A stretch of DNA of 64,000 nt from an uncultured Treponema sp. (GCA_963547785.1 CAUUSH010000007.1:3193-67192), one strand, 5' to 3'. Shown: positions 28,501 to 40,200, numbered from the stretch's first letter. Notes: generated by a model not told the origin, from the letters alone. A program made the numbers and translations.

Positions 28501-29526
28501 TTGGCTGAAGATAAGGATTCGCTTTTTGTATGCGGGGGGTGTAATGCAAAGATAGGAGCCGGCACTTTAAGCAAAATTTTAAAAAATCTTCCAAAAACGC
28601 CGTATCCTGGACTATTGGTAGGCTTCGACAGCTCTGATGATGCCGCCGTAATCAAAATGAGCGATGACCTTGCAATCGTTCAAACTTTGGATTTTTTTCC
28701 ACCGATGGTAACCGATCCAAAACTGTTCGGGCAGGTAGCCGCCGCTAATGCACTCAGCGACATTTACGCAATGGGAGGCGAACCTGTTGCTGCCCTCAAT
28801 ATCGTCTGTTATCCAGAAAGTGACGATTACGGCATTCTTGAAAAAATCTTACTCGGAGGTACGGAAAAAGTAAAGGAAGCAGGCGCAGCTCTTGCAGGAG
28901 GCCATTCCATTCACGACCCTAAAACCAAATACGGGCTTTCGGTTATTGGTAAAATTCATCCCGATAAAATCTGGCAAAACAATACACCGGAAGAAGACGA
29001 CCTTCTTTTTTTGACGAAAAAACTTGGAGTCGGAATCATCACAACGGCATACAGCGTAAACGAGGTTTCGGAAAACGCTTTTAAAGAAGCCGCAGGGTCG
29101 ATGACAACCTTAAATAAATATGCCGCTTCGGTTTTACGAAATTTCCATATTCATAGCTGTACCGACATTACCGGCTTCGGACTTATCGGGCATCTTTTAG
29201 AAATGATAGGCAATGATTTTACCGCCGTTTTAAATTCTAAAAATGTTCCGTACATTCCAGAAGCATATACGGCGGCTGGAGAATTTCTAATAACGGCAGG
29301 CGGTCAGCGGAACCGTAATTTTGCAAAAGATAAAATCGTATTTAACATAAACGACTTTGCAATGGAAGAGATTCTTTTTGATCCGCAAACCTCAGGAGGT
29401 CTTTTATTTTCCACTGATAAAAACACGGCAAAAGAAATTAGGGAAGAATTTAAAAAGATGAATTTAAATCTATGGAATATAGGCGAAATAAAAAAAAGAG
29501 CGCAGTTTTCCATTGAAGTGCACTGA
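28501..29526 (+). CDS. selD: Selenide, water dikinase (selenophosphate synthetase)
   Basis: GGAGGT SD with TTG start; [46 protein letters not shown] and DPQTSGGLL motifs. Confidence 0.95.
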   Translation: MAEDKDSLFVCGGCNAKIGAGTLSKILKNLPKTPYPGLLVGFDSSDDAAVIKMSDDLAIVQTLDFFPPMVTDPKLFGQVAAANALSDIYAMGGEPVAALNIVCYPESDDYGILEKILLGGTEKVKEAGAALAGGHSIHDPKTKYGLSVIGKIHPDKIWQNNTPEEDDLLFLTKKLGVGIITTAYSVNEVSENAFKEAAGSMTTLNKYAASVLRNFHIHSCTDITGFGLIGHLLEMIGNDFTAVLNSKNVPYIPEAYTAAGEFLITAGGQRNRNFAKDKIVFNINDFAMEEILFDPQTSGGLLFSTDKNTAKEIREEFKKMNLNLWNIGEIKKRAQFSIEVH

Positions 29527-29581
29527 TACACGGTATAAAACTTAAATATAAAAATATTTTATTTATAAATAAGGAGTTTTT

Positions 29582-30199
29582 ATGATTGAAGTAAACGGAA
29601 TGGGGCATGCCTGCCCAATCCCTGTCATTATGACAAAAAAGGCTATACGGGAAAACAAGAATAACGAAAACATTTTGGTAAAGGTCGATAACGAAATTGC
29701 AACGCAAAATCTTTCCAAAATGGCGTCTCAACTTGGAATTAAGACTGAGATAACAAAGATAAACGAAAAAGATTATTCTGTTTTATTCAATATGGAAGGC
29801 TGTACGGAATGCAAAATTATGCCGGACCCGCTTTCAGTTTCCGAAGGACTGCCTGCGGTAAACGGCAGCGATTATGCCGTTATAATCAATTCGGATAAGA
29901 TGGGCACCGGCGATGAGGGGTTTGGAAAAAAGCTTTTGGAAGGTTTTGTTTATGCCTTAGCCGAACAGGATGTCCTGCCGAAATTCGTCGTATGTTATAA
30001 TTCGGGCGTAAAACTTACAACAGAAAACGAAAAAACGATAAACGATTTAAAGGCACTTGAAGCAAACGGATGTGAGGTATTGTCGTGCGGGCTTTGTTTG
30101 GATTTCTATGGTCTAAAAGAAAAAGTAAGGATCGGTTCTATAACAAATATGTACCGCATTGCCGAAATTATGCGTACCCATTTTACGGTTAGGCCTTAA
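29582..30199 (+). CDS. yedF: Selenium metabolism protein YedF (TusA/SirA plus DsrE-like domains)
   Basis: G.ACPIPVI.TK N-terminus; MG.GD..FG..L; SCGLCLDFYG; ITNMY. Confidence 0.88.
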   Translation: MIEVNGMGHACPIPVIMTKKAIRENKNNENILVKVDNEIATQNLSKMASQLGIKTEITKINEKDYSVLFNMEGCTECKIMPDPLSVSEGLPAVNGSDYAVIINSDKMGTGDEGFGKKLLEGFVYALAEQDVLPKFVVCYNSGVKLTTENEKTINDLKALEANGCEVLSCGLCLDFYGLKEKVRIGSITNMYRIAEIMRTHFTVRP

Positions 30200-30219
30200 A
30201 ACAGAAGCGTAAATCCTAA

Positions 30220-30495
30220 ATGAAAGATGAAAATTTCGGCGTTTTTTCTTTTACCTCAACTCACCATGCAATAGCCGCGGAGCGTACCTTATCTAAAACG
30301 GAAGGAACGCGGCTAATTCCCATACCCCCAGAAATCTCTGCGGGCTGCGGCCTTGCCTTGCGGACTAAAGCGGACGGTATAAAAACTGCTGCTGAAGTTT
30401 TAGCGGCGGAACAAATTCCCTATGAAGGAATTTATACGCTTAGTATAAAGAATAAAAAAAGGACTATCGGAAAAATAGAAGATGATTTACTTTGA
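30220..30495 (+). CDS. DUF3343 family protein (putative Se/S carrier)
   Basis: FTSTHHAIAAE and LIPIPPEISAGCGLAL motifs; selD context. Confidence 0.85.
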   Translation: MKDENFGVFSFTSTHHAIAAERTLSKTEGTRLIPIPPEISAGCGLALRTKADGIKTAAEVLAAEQIPYEGIYTLSIKNKKRTIGKIEDDLL

Positions 30496-31624
30496 TAACA
30501 GTGCGACAACATTGCACAAACCTAAAACAGTAGCGGAAGAAGTATACCGAGGCATTGTTTCAAAAGAATTCGGAAACCCCGGACGCGGCTCTCACCGTGC
30601 GGCGCATCGGGCATTATCCGAACTATTTACAACACGCGCAGCCGTTGCAGACATTTTTAATCTGAAAAATCCTTTAAACATCGCCTTATGCCAAAATGCA
30701 ACCTTTGCATTAAATACAGCAATAAAAAGTCTTTTTACCGGAAACGACCACCTCATAACCACAGCCTTCGAACACAATTCCGTTTTGCGCCCATTGTATC
30801 AGCTGGAAAAAGAAGGCGCTGAGCTTACGATAATCGATATGGACACAAATACTTTTTCTTTAAGATACGATTCAATGGAAAAGGCCGTTAAAAAAAATAC
30901 AAAAGCAGTTATCGTAAACCATTGTTCCAATGTAACCGGTTCGACCTGCGATTTAAATTATGTTTACGATTTATGCAAAAAGTATAATTTGATTTTAATT
31001 ACAGATATTGCTCAAAGCGCAGGCACCATTCCTCTTGATATTTCAAAATACAAAAATGCGATATTTTGTTTTACGGGACATAAGGGGCTTTACGGGCCGG
31101 AAGGAACGGGAGGCATTATTGTAAATGGCAGCTTCGATTTTAAACCCGTTTTTTCAGGCGGCAGCGGTATTCATTCTTTCGATAAAGAACATCCGTCTGA
31201 AATGCCCGATGTTTTTGAACCAGGCACGATGAACGTTCCATCCTTTATGGGGTTGACTGCAGGCTGTCTATTCATAAAAAATGAGGGCATTGAAAACATA
31301 AACAAAAAATTAAAAAAGCTGCGCGATAATTTTCTACAGGCAATAAAGGATATTCCTTCGATAAAAATATACGGAAGTACGGAAGAGAACGCAGGCGCCG
31401 CGGTGGGAATCAATATCGAAAGTATTCCTTCAGGCGAGGTAAGCCGAATATTAGATGAAACTTACTCTATCGCAACAAGACCAGGTGCTCACTGTGCTCC
31501 GTTGGTACACAAGGCCTTTCAAACGGAAAAACAGGGAATTGTCCGTTTCAGTTTTTCTTTTTTTAACACAGCTGCCGAAATAGAGACTGCCGCAAAAGCC
31601 TTATACGAAATAAGCAAAATATAA
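30482..31624 (+). CDS. Class V aminotransferase / cysteine desulfurase (selenocysteine lyase-like)
   Basis: IYFDNSATT, EHNSV, D.AQSAG, TGHKGLYGP and RPGAHCAP motifs. Confidence 0.9.
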   Translation: MIYFDNSATTLHKPKTVAEEVYRGIVSKEFGNPGRGSHRAAHRALSELFTTRAAVADIFNLKNPLNIALCQNATFALNTAIKSLFTGNDHLITTAFEHNSVLRPLYQLEKEGAELTIIDMDTNTFSLRYDSMEKAVKKNTKAVIVNHCSNVTGSTCDLNYVYDLCKKYNLILITDIAQSAGTIPLDISKYKNAIFCFTGHKGLYGPEGTGGIIVNGSFDFKPVFSGGSGIHSFDKEHPSEMPDVFEPGTMNVPSFMGLTAGCLFIKNEGIENINKKLKKLRDNFLQAIKDIPSIKIYGSTEENAGAAVGINIESIPSGEVSRILDETYSIATRPGAHCAPLVHKAFQTEKQGIVRFSFSFFNTAAEIETAAKALYEISKI

Positions 31625-31657
31625 AAAATCAGAGCACCTGAAGTTTTTTTAAGCACA

Positions 31658-32644
31658 TTAAAGCGAAGTACTCAATACTTTTTGCAAGTTTTCCAAAGTT
31701 CCCGTCGGCAAAGCGGGAAAATTTTCCGAAGCATATCCGCTGTCACGCCATAAATTGGTCAAGATATTTCCCGGCCCTACTTCCAAAAGGCGGCACGTTT
31801 CAAAACCTGAAATAAAAGAAGCAATTTCTTTTTCTTCATCCGTCCACAAAACCGGATGCGTTAAATGCAGCACGGCATTCTTTTTAGCCTCTGCTCCGCT
31901 TGTAATCAGCGCCCCCGTTACATTTGAAAAAATAGGAATGATGGGATCTGCAAAATGAATACCGGCCAATTCAGTCTCAAAGGCTTCGGCAGCTTCGGCC
32001 ATAAGCGGAGAGTGGAAGGGGCCTGCAACGGCAAGTCTGATAAACCGTTTAGCGCCCGCCTCCTTGCAGAGCCTTTCGGCGGTATCAAGCCCTTCGGCCG
32101 TACCGGAAACTACCGTTTGCGCGGGACTATTGAGGTTTGCCGCAAATACAATGCCGTTTTTAACATCGGAATAAGGTGTTAAAACTTCCTTTACTTTTTC
32201 GGCGGGCAGCTTGATGACGGCAGCCATACCGCAGCTTCCGCCTGCCGAAGCGGAACGCGCCGCTATTTTATCGCACACGCTCTGCATAATCTGTCCGCGC
32301 TTTTGGACAAGCCGAATCATTGCCGTAAAATCCAAAATCCCTGCGGCATACAAAGCCGAAAATTCTCCCAAACTAAAACCGGCGGCTGCAGCAGGCTCAA
32401 TACCGTGCTCCTTTAAAACGGCAAACAAAGCCGCTTCAACTGCAATAATTGCAATCTGGCTTTTATCACTTCTTGCAAGAATTTCATTTTCGGTATTCCA
32501 CAAAAGCCCGCCCATATCTATGCCGGTAATCCCGCTTATTTCATCTATAACCGATTGGGCGCTGCGATATTCTTTGCAAATATCCGCCGCCATTCCTTTA
32601 AACTGGGCACCCTGCCCCGAAAACAAAAATACGTGTTTCATCAT
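31658..32644 (-). CDS. fabD: Malonyl-CoA:ACP transacylase
   Basis: LFSGQGAQ, GFSLGE, N.P.QTVVSG, LAVAGPFHS and EVGPG motifs. Confidence 0.92.
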   Translation of the reverse strand: MMKHVFLFSGQGAQFKGMAADICKEYRSAQSVIDEISGITGIDMGGLLWNTENEILARSDKSQIAIIAVEAALFAVLKEHGIEPAAAAGFSLGEFSALYAAGILDFTAMIRLVQKRGQIMQSVCDKIAARSASAGGSCGMAAVIKLPAEKVKEVLTPYSDVKNGIVFAANLNSPAQTVVSGTAEGLDTAERLCKEAGAKRFIRLAVAGPFHSPLMAEAAEAFETELAGIHFADPIIPIFSNVTGALITSGAEAKKNAVLHLTHPVLWTDEEKEIASFISGFETCRLLEVGPGNILTNLWRDSGYASENFPALPTGTLENLQKVLSTSL

Positions 32645-32666
32645 TTATTCCCCCGTTTACAAAACT

Positions 32667-33620
32667 CTAAAACCTTATGATACAGCCGCCCCATGTAAGA
32701 CCTGCTCCGAATCCCGCTGCAATAATCTTCATTCCCTTACGAAGCTTTCCATGCTCTGCAAGATCCGCAAGCGTAATAGGAATAGAAGCAGAAGAGGTGT
32801 TTCCATAATGTTCCATATTGTACACAAATTTTGCCGGATCACAGTGCAACCGCTTCGCCGCAGCCTCCAAGATACGCACATTGGCCTGATGGCAAACCAT
32901 AAGATCAATCTCGTTAATATCCAAGTGTTCCTTCTCCAAAAGCTGGCGTACCGTTTGCGTTATAATCTTTACGGCAAAATTGTACACAGCCCTGCCGTCC
33001 ATACAAATATGTTCGCCCATATACAAAGCCTTACTGCCCGTGCCGTCGGAGCCGAGAACAAAGGATCCTAAACCTTCATCAGAAGGCGTAAAGGTATTTT
33101 CAAGAAGAACCGCTCCTGCTCCGTCTCCGAACAATACACAGGTCGAACGATCTTTCCAATTCATAATCCGGCTTAAAACCTCTGTCCCGCAAATAAGCGC
33201 AAAGCGCCATCCGTGCCGTTCCATTAAAGCGGCGGCCGTATCAAGAGAATATAAAAAACCGGAGCACGCCGCCGATATGTCAAAACAAACGGCATTTTCG
33301 GCCTTAAGCTCCTGCTGAATAATACAGGCATTTGAAGGAAAACCCTTAAATGCAGCAGTCGCGGTAGCGCACACAATTAAGCTGACATCTTCAATTTTTA
33401 TATAATTTGAATGTAATTTATTGATATTATCCAAGACTTGTTTACAGGCGGCGGCTCCTAAAGAAGCACTGGTATCTTCATCGGAAGCAATAAAGCGGCT
33501 TCCAATACCTGTATGGCTTCGTATCCATTCATCGGAAGTATCCAGCTCCGCAGGAAAATCGGTATTTTTCATTACTTTTTTCGGAATAGCCTTTCCCATC
33601 GATTTTATTATAATTGCCAT
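32667..33620 (-). CDS. fabH: 3-oxoacyl-ACP synthase III
   Basis: DTSDEWI, AACSGF, LFGDGAGA, HQAN, GNTSSASIP and GFGAGLTWG motifs. Confidence 0.95.
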   Translation of the reverse strand: MAIIIKSMGKAIPKKVMKNTDFPAELDTSDEWIRSHTGIGSRFIASDEDTSASLGAAACKQVLDNINKLHSNYIKIEDVSLIVCATATAAFKGFPSNACIIQQELKAENAVCFDISAACSGFLYSLDTAAALMERHGWRFALICGTEVLSRIMNWKDRSTCVLFGDGAGAVLLENTFTPSDEGLGSFVLGSDGTGSKALYMGEHICMDGRAVYNFAVKIITQTVRQLLEKEHLDINEIDLMVCHQANVRILEAAAKRLHCDPAKFVYNMEHYGNTSSASIPITLADLAEHGKLRKGMKIIAAGFGAGLTWGGCIIRF

Positions 33621-33637
33621 TTTAATCTCCGCAAGAC

Positions 33638-33710
33638 AGCCTATATATTTTACCTCATTATGTCAAGTATAGTATAATAAATTGACAAATCTGCGGTTTT
33701 TATATACACT
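33638..33710. promoter_or_regulatory. Divergent sigma70 promoters for fabH (-) and pyrF (+)
   Basis: Minus strand: TTGACA(33666-33661)-17bp-TAGGCT. Plus strand: TTGACA(33682-33687)-17bp-TACACT. Confidence 0.55.
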
Positions 33711-33719
33711 TTTAAACCG

Positions 33720-34598
33720 ATGAATTATAAAGACCTATTAAAAAATGCGGCGGACGGGACGGGAAATTGTGCCTGTATGGGGCTTGACCCGCAGCCTGAA
33801 GCCCTACCGAACAAAACCGGTAACATAAAAAACGACATCATTCTTTTTTTTGAAGAACTGTTTTTCGAAATGAAAAAACGGAACCTGTATCCTGCCGCCT
33901 TTAAACCGAACCTCGGGTATTATTCCGCCTTGGATAAACCGCGCGAAAACCGCTTCGACGGTTCACAGGCCCTTGCTTCAATTTTGGCCGTAATCGAAAA
34001 AGAATTTGCAGGCATTCCCATCATTTTGGATTCCAAGCGCGGCGATATTGCCCGCTCCAGTTTAAATTATGCGGCCGAGGCCTTTGACGTGTGGAAGACC
34101 GACGCGGTAACCGTAAGTCCCTTTATGGGAAGCGATTCGGTTTTGCCCTTTCTCGAAAAACCGTACGATAAAAAGGGGGTATATATTTTAAACCGCACGA
34201 GTAATCCCGGGTCGGCCGATTTTCAAAATTTGCGCTTGGAAGAAGGCGGAGCTTTTTTGTACATGCATACGGCAAAAAAAATAATTGCGTATGCGCACGA
34301 GCATCCGGGTGCGGGGGCCGTCGTGGGGGCAACGGGAATGGAAGAACTTACAGCTATTTCGGAACTGTATGCAAAAACAGGGATTCCGCTGCTTATACCG
34401 GGCGCCGGTTCTCAAGGCGGCAGTGCGGAAACGGTTATGGGCATTTTAAAAAAGGCGGGATACGATCTGAGGTTTGCCCGAATTAACAGCTCAAGTGCCC
34501 TTACGCACCCATGGAAAAAGGCGCCGCCCCCTCAAAATTATGCGGACATCTGTATCGGTAATATCGAAAAGTTTCTACAAGAAACAAAAACCGCATAA
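33720..34598 (+). CDS. pyrF: Orotidine-5'-phosphate decarboxylase
   Basis: CMGLDP, FKPN, ILDSKRGDI, TSNPGS, GAVVGAT and LIPG.G.QGG motifs. Confidence 0.93.
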   Translation: MNYKDLLKNAADGTGNCACMGLDPQPEALPNKTGNIKNDIILFFEELFFEMKKRNLYPAAFKPNLGYYSALDKPRENRFDGSQALASILAVIEKEFAGIPIILDSKRGDIARSSLNYAAEAFDVWKTDAVTVSPFMGSDSVLPFLEKPYDKKGVYILNRTSNPGSADFQNLRLEEGGAFLYMHTAKKIIAYAHEHPGAGAVVGATGMEELTAISELYAKTGIPLLIPGAGSQGGSAETVMGILKKAGYDLRFARINSSSALTHPWKKAPPPQNYADICIGNIEKFLQETKTA

Positions 34599-34634
34599 CG
34601 GGTTTTCGGTATCAGTATCTTATAATAAACGGAG

Positions 34635-35333
34635 ATGGAAAAAATGAAAACAATCGGATTAATCGGCGGAATGAGTTGGGAAAGCACGGTAACGTATTAT
34701 CAAATAATCAATAATACCGTCAAAGAAAAACTGGGCGGCCTGCATTCTGCACAAATCGTTTTGTACAGTGTCGATTTTGCGGAAATAGAAAAATGTCAGG
34801 CGGCCGGAGATTGGGATAAAAGCGCGCAGATACTCGCTCATGCAGCCCAAGCGCTTGAAAAGGCGGGGGCCGATTTTATAGTCATTTGTACGAACACGAT
34901 GCATAAGGTTGCGCCGCATATTCAAAAACATATCGGTATTCCCATTTTGCACATTGCAGATGCGACAGCCGAGGCCCTGCTGAAAAACGGAATAAAAAGA
35001 ACCGGTTTACTTGGAACAAAATATACGCTTACTCAGGATTTTTATAAACAGCGTCTTATCGAAAAAAATATTGACGTAATCATTCCGGATCCTGCGGATA
35101 TAGAAAAGGTCAATACGGTTATTTACAATGAGCTGTGCCTCGGCCTTGTTTCGGACAGCTCGCGCAAAGAGTATCGGCGCATTATCGGCAGGCTGAAAGA
35201 AAAAGGAGCTCAGGCCGTTATTCTCGGTTGTACGGAAATCGGGTTGTTGATTAAACAGGCGGACTCGGAATTGCCCGTTTTCGACACGACGCTGATTCAC
35301 GCCCGGCTTGCTGCGGAAAAGGCCGTCGAATAA
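34635..35333 (+). CDS. Aspartate/glutamate racemase family protein (RacX/YgeA-like)
   Basis: IGLIGGMSWEST; catalytic ICTNTMH and LGCTEI. Start may be 34644. Confidence 0.92.
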   Translation: MEKMKTIGLIGGMSWESTVTYYQIINNTVKEKLGGLHSAQIVLYSVDFAEIEKCQAAGDWDKSAQILAHAAQALEKAGADFIVICTNTMHKVAPHIQKHIGIPILHIADATAEALLKNGIKRTGLLGTKYTLTQDFYKQRLIEKNIDVIIPDPADIEKVNTVIYNELCLGLVSDSSRKEYRRIIGRLKEKGAQAVILGCTEIGLLIKQADSELPVFDTTLIHARLAAEKAVE

Positions 35334-35586
35334 GCCCTGTGTTTTGTATCCATGTTTCATTCTATAAACAAGGCTTACATCTTAATCGATTTTTTAAAAA
35401 AGCATTTTTATGAATAAAACGGCATACTAAGGATATCAATGCTGCAACTATTCAATCGCTGGATTGAAAACGGCTGGAAGCGGAGTATATGGCTAACATC
35501 ATCATGACCGAACCGCTGCCAATCGCGATTTGATAGCAGAAAAAACCGTAAGCACACTTCCCTTATGACTCTGACGGTAAAAATAA

Positions 35587-37131
35587 CTAGTCTATGCCGA
35601 GCTTTTTTATCTTGCTTTGCAGGGTGCTGGGCTTGAGCCCCAAAAGCGCTGCTGCTCCGTCTTTACCGTAAATCTTGCCGTTTGAAGCTTTTAATGCCTC
35701 TTTTATAATTTTTCTTTGTGATTCATCAAAGGTAGGAATTTTTTCGGAGCTTATATTGCCGGCAGCGGAAGCCTCTTTATTTTTTTCCGCAGCTATGGAT
35801 ATTTTTTGACCGTGCTGGTTTTGGGCATACCGTTCACGTGTTCCCGGTACCAAGTGCTCAGCCCTTATTTCCTTTCCCTGCGCCAAAATAACAGCTCGTT
35901 CCACAACATTTTTTAATTCGCGTACATTTCCCCGCCACGGCAGCTTCATCAGCCTTTCTATCGCACTTTTTGAAAGCACCGTGTTTTCAAAGCCCGGCCT
36001 TTTTCTTATTTTTCCTATAAAGTGTTCTGCCAAAAGTGCCGTGTCGCCGTCCCTTTCCCTCAAGGGCGGCAGGTTTAACGGAAAAACGTCCAAACGGTAT
36101 AAAAGGTCTTCCCTGAATTTGCCTTCGGTTACGGCTTCGGCTAAATTGATATTCGTCGCAGCAATTATCCGCACATCTGCGGAAATTGATTTTTCGCCGC
36201 CGACCCGCTCAAATTTTCCGTCCTGTAATACGCGCAAAAGCTTAGGCTGAAGGTCAAAGGGCAAATCACCAACTTCATCTAAAAAAAGGGTACCCCCATC
36301 TGCAAGCTCAAACCGTCCCTTTCTTAATCCGGCAGCCCCCGAAAAAGCTCCTTTCTCGTGCCCGAAAAGCTCGCTTTCGGCAAGGCTTTGTACCAGCGCC
36401 GAACAGTTTACCGGAATAAACGGTTTTTCCGCTCTAGTTGAAAGCTTATGAATGGTCCGTGCAGCCTGCTCCTTACCGGTACCCGTTTCTCCCGAAATTA
36501 AAACCGGAGCATCGGATGCTGCCACCAATTTTATAGAATCCAAAACGGTAGTCCATGCGCGGGAAGAGCCGACCATATCTTTAAAAAGTCCGGCCGAAGA
36601 ATGAAGAAGTGTGTTTCTTTCCAATAACAAAGATTCCGTTTTTTTGACAAGCGACTGAGAGGCTTCGGTTTGAACAAGGGCGACGGAAATTAATTTCGAT
36701 ATTGTAGAAATAAAGCGGACAATTTCAGGCGTAAACTGAGAGCACATACGGTGATCCAAGGTCATCATTCCAATTGCCTTATCCCCCACATAAAGCGGCG
36801 CTACAAGACAAGAATGATCGGCGGGCATTTTCATAATCTCGTCATAGGTATCTACATGATGTTTTTTTTCATCAAAAAGGTGGGCTTTTTTTTCCGCAAG
36901 TATTTTTGCAATATCTTTCCGCGCTGTAAGGTTAATGGTAAAATCGTCCAAGTCCTTCGAATACAGAGGGCCGATAGCCTTTCTCACCTTCAGCATATTC
37001 TGGCTTTCAAATCCCATAACCACTGCAAGCTCGTAGTTAACAAGCTCATGCAGGGCTTCGAGAATAACCTCAAGGGCATGCTCTGGGGATATAGGACTTG
37101 GTACTTTTATGGGAATCATGTTGCCGCTCAT
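35587..37131 (-). CDS. sigma54-dependent activator (GAF-AAA+-HTH; NorR/FhlA-like)
   Basis: GETGTGKE, ESELFGHEKGAFSGA, LFLDEVG, FREDL.YRL, WRGNVREL and a C-terminal HTH. Promoter TTGACC-17bp-TATACT at 37170-37142. Confidence 0.92.
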   Translation of the reverse strand: MSGNMIPIKVPSPISPEHALEVILEALHELVNYELAVVMGFESQNMLKVRKAIGPLYSKDLDDFTINLTARKDIAKILAEKKAHLFDEKKHHVDTYDEIMKMPADHSCLVAPLYVGDKAIGMMTLDHRMCSQFTPEIVRFISTISKLISVALVQTEASQSLVKKTESLLLERNTLLHSSAGLFKDMVGSSRAWTTVLDSIKLVAASDAPVLISGETGTGKEQAARTIHKLSTRAEKPFIPVNCSALVQSLAESELFGHEKGAFSGAAGLRKGRFELADGGTLFLDEVGDLPFDLQPKLLRVLQDGKFERVGGEKSISADVRIIAATNINLAEAVTEGKFREDLLYRLDVFPLNLPPLRERDGDTALLAEHFIGKIRKRPGFENTVLSKSAIERLMKLPWRGNVRELKNVVERAVILAQGKEIRAEHLVPGTRERYAQNQHGQKISIAAEKNKEASAAGNISSEKIPTFDESQRKIIKEALKASNGKIYGKDGAAALLGLKPSTLQSKIKKLGID

Positions 37132-37215
37132 AACCGCATATAGTATATATAGTTTTCAGACTATGGTCAAGCGTTAAAGCCGTACAAATTCGGCATTGCT
37201 ATACCATAAATGCTT

Positions 37216-40200
37216 TTAATACTCCAGCTTGCCTGTAATGCCTAAAGTCAAATTCAATAAAAACGAATTCCTTTCCGTAGAAGTTCCTTGTAATTCTGCA
37301 AATATTTTTATTTCACCATGCTCTCCTATTTTTGTAGTTTGAGAATGAAGAAACGATACTGCATAATTTATTTTTTTTAAATTCGTATTTTGGGAAATCT
37401 CAACCGATAACTTTTCTTTTCTACTGTCGGATAAAGGAATATTACTGAACCTACGTATGAGTGAACTAGGAAGTGAAGATCCGCCTGAGTAAATAAAGGC
37501 AAAGCCGAATTTTTCTTTCCAATCTTGAGCATACAGCTTTATGTTTTTTGTTTTTACTGCATTTATTATAAAATTATTTTCAAAACCTAATTTATTTTCT
37601 ATACCGTTTCTGTTATCAAAAAAATAATAAAGACTATGTTCGGCATCAAGTTTAAATTTAAAATAATCTTTACCGAATGAAAAATTCCAATTATATTTTC
37701 TGTTTAACTCATCTTGATTATACCATGTAAACCAATCAAAATATCCGTATTTACCGGATATATTAAGCGTTGTATACCTTAATAAAAAATTCAAAGAATA
37801 AATATTAAGCGCGATGTTATCCGTTTTTTCCGATTTTACGATTCTGGATAAAGAAGTATTAAATTCTATCGGGATATATAAGTCTTTTATTGTCGTGCTT
37901 ATAAGCCTTGATATATTAAAGCCGTATAAATTTATAAAACTATATATATTTTTATTATTAAGCTGAATTTGATCATTTATTTTCTTATCGAACATATCGT
38001 AAATAACAGGCTTTGAAAAAAGCCAATACTGTTCTCTCATACCTAAAAACAGTTCGGTTAAATCTTCTCTATAATTCTTTTCATTGATAAGACTATCATC
38101 TGATTTTTGCTTTAATATTTTTCTTTCCCAGACCGGCGTAAAAAAAATATCATTTGCGGCAAAAGAAAATGAAAGGCTTACTTTTGTCTGCTCGTTAAAC
38201 TGTTTTTGTTTATCACCTGTAAAATTGGACAAAGTAGAAGTATCAAAGTTGACACCTAAAAATTTAACTTTTTTACTTTCATCACTATCATTACCCATAA
38301 ACATATTAAAAATAAATTTCATCTGTGTATTTCTGTATAAGGCGTCTTCCTTTCCTTGCGAATACATATCGATCAAACTATTTGTCCATGCTGCAGTATA
38401 TCCTAAATTAGATGTGTTAAAAAGCGTTTTATATTTTTGATTTAACGAAAGGCTTAATTCGCTGTAAAAAATACCGTATCTTGTTTTGGGGAATATCGGT
38501 GAAACTGAAGAATTGATTTTTTGCGTCGTATATTCTTTTGTATAATCTATTGCAGTCAGCAATTTTGAAAAAACAAATTTTTCAAAGCTCAGCATATTTT
38601 CACGCCGCAGCAATTCTTTATTTTGATTTACAAAAAAGTTTTCGTAAGCTGTAAAAAAATAAAGAGGCGCCGTAACCGAATGACCATAACTTTCAATAAC
38701 ATGCGGCTTGGTAATTTTTTTTAAATGTTTATCGGTATTCTGCAGCGATAATATTCCTGAAAACAGTATCCGCCAAATATCAAGACCGGCTTCCATTTTT
38801 GAATGCAGCTGTAAAGGCTCCCTTTTATTGTCTATTTCAGCATTTCCGTCTGCATAAAAATAAGGATTGGAAAATATCGGTACATCATTTTTTTTGTAAA
38901 TGCTTTCTTTAAGCTTATACTCAAAATAGGTTTCACTTTTAAAATTATAATTTTGCTCTTTAGGATTTTTATTTCTGCCTGCTATTGTATTAAACCCAAA
39001 GTGAGATCCTGTTTTAATATTGTATTTTGAAAAATCTATCCCGGCCGACACCTTGTAATCATCGGTAAAATCTTTTTTTTTCTTGCTAACTTCCAAATCT
39101 CCAGACGATGCAAGAAAAATATCCAGAGAATTCACAGGCTGCCAGTGTATACCTCCGGCAAATTTTACGCTCCCTGAATCGGAGTATATTTTTCCCTCCT
39201 GCCACTGTATTTCTATAAGGTCATTGGAAAAAACAGGCTGCTGCAGTGTAAGAATATGAGTGTGTTCGTTATAGTTAAAATCAAATATCTGAATCTTATT
39301 TTTAAATACTCTAATACTGCCGGGAATTGCAGTATCGGGAAGCAAAAAATCGGAAACGGGAATATGTGTTTCATATAAAATATAAGATTTAAAATCAGAT
39401 GTTTCCGTATTTTCGGGAAGATATATTATGCTGTCATTTATAAACGGGAACATTTGACCTGCCGGATCCATACTCGTATCTTTATTTAAAACTTGAATAA
39501 AGCTTATTTTATTAAAACTGCTTAAAAATAAATTCGTGTCTTCAATATTTGCATTAAAATCATTATGTTCTGTTTCATCAGCCGAATTTCTTACACTTAC
39601 GGAAGCTTCAGTTTGATTAGACGATGCTTCATATCTTGAAGCAATTTCAAAAACAGAAAACTTATTATCTTCTTTTAAAACTAAAGCTTCTTTTCCCAAG
39701 ACCGTCTTATAGTACACAGAAGAATCTATTTGAGAAAGTATTTCTGTTATATGAAGCGGATACGGCGCCGGAAAAGCGGTTTGAAAATAATTATAAACTT
39801 GTATTTTATGAGCGTTTACTTCCGTCTGTGAATCATTTTTTATGTTATAATAATAAATTACAACGCCGTACGGAAAACCTTCTTTTAAATTTAATGTTTT
39901 TTTTGAAGCATCAATATAAAATTCATCGCGGCTTAACTCCCGCCACGAAGAAAATTTAGAATCCTTTACAAATACATCTATGGTTTTACCGTACAATGTA
40001 TTTACCGGAATATAAAAATATCTTCCTTTACTCCAATTATTAATAGAAATTTTATTTTTCACTAACTCGTTTTTTCCGTAATATGTTTTTGAATTAAAAG
40101 CGGAACTTTCATACCGTAAAACAGTATCCGCCTGCCAGTTTGCTCCAGCAAAGGTTCCCATTATACCGGGAGCAATAATATTTCCGCCGCCCGTCGTTAT

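Noticed and set aside
28501..28560. Selenocysteine codon in selD
   Set aside because: Active-site codons are TGC/TGT; no in-frame TGA.
32211..33071. 286-aa plus-strand ORF
   Set aside because: Antisense shadow of fabD/fabH.
35340..35586. Possible gene remnant between the racemase and the sigma54 activator
   Set aside because: Only short interrupted frames with no recognisable homology.
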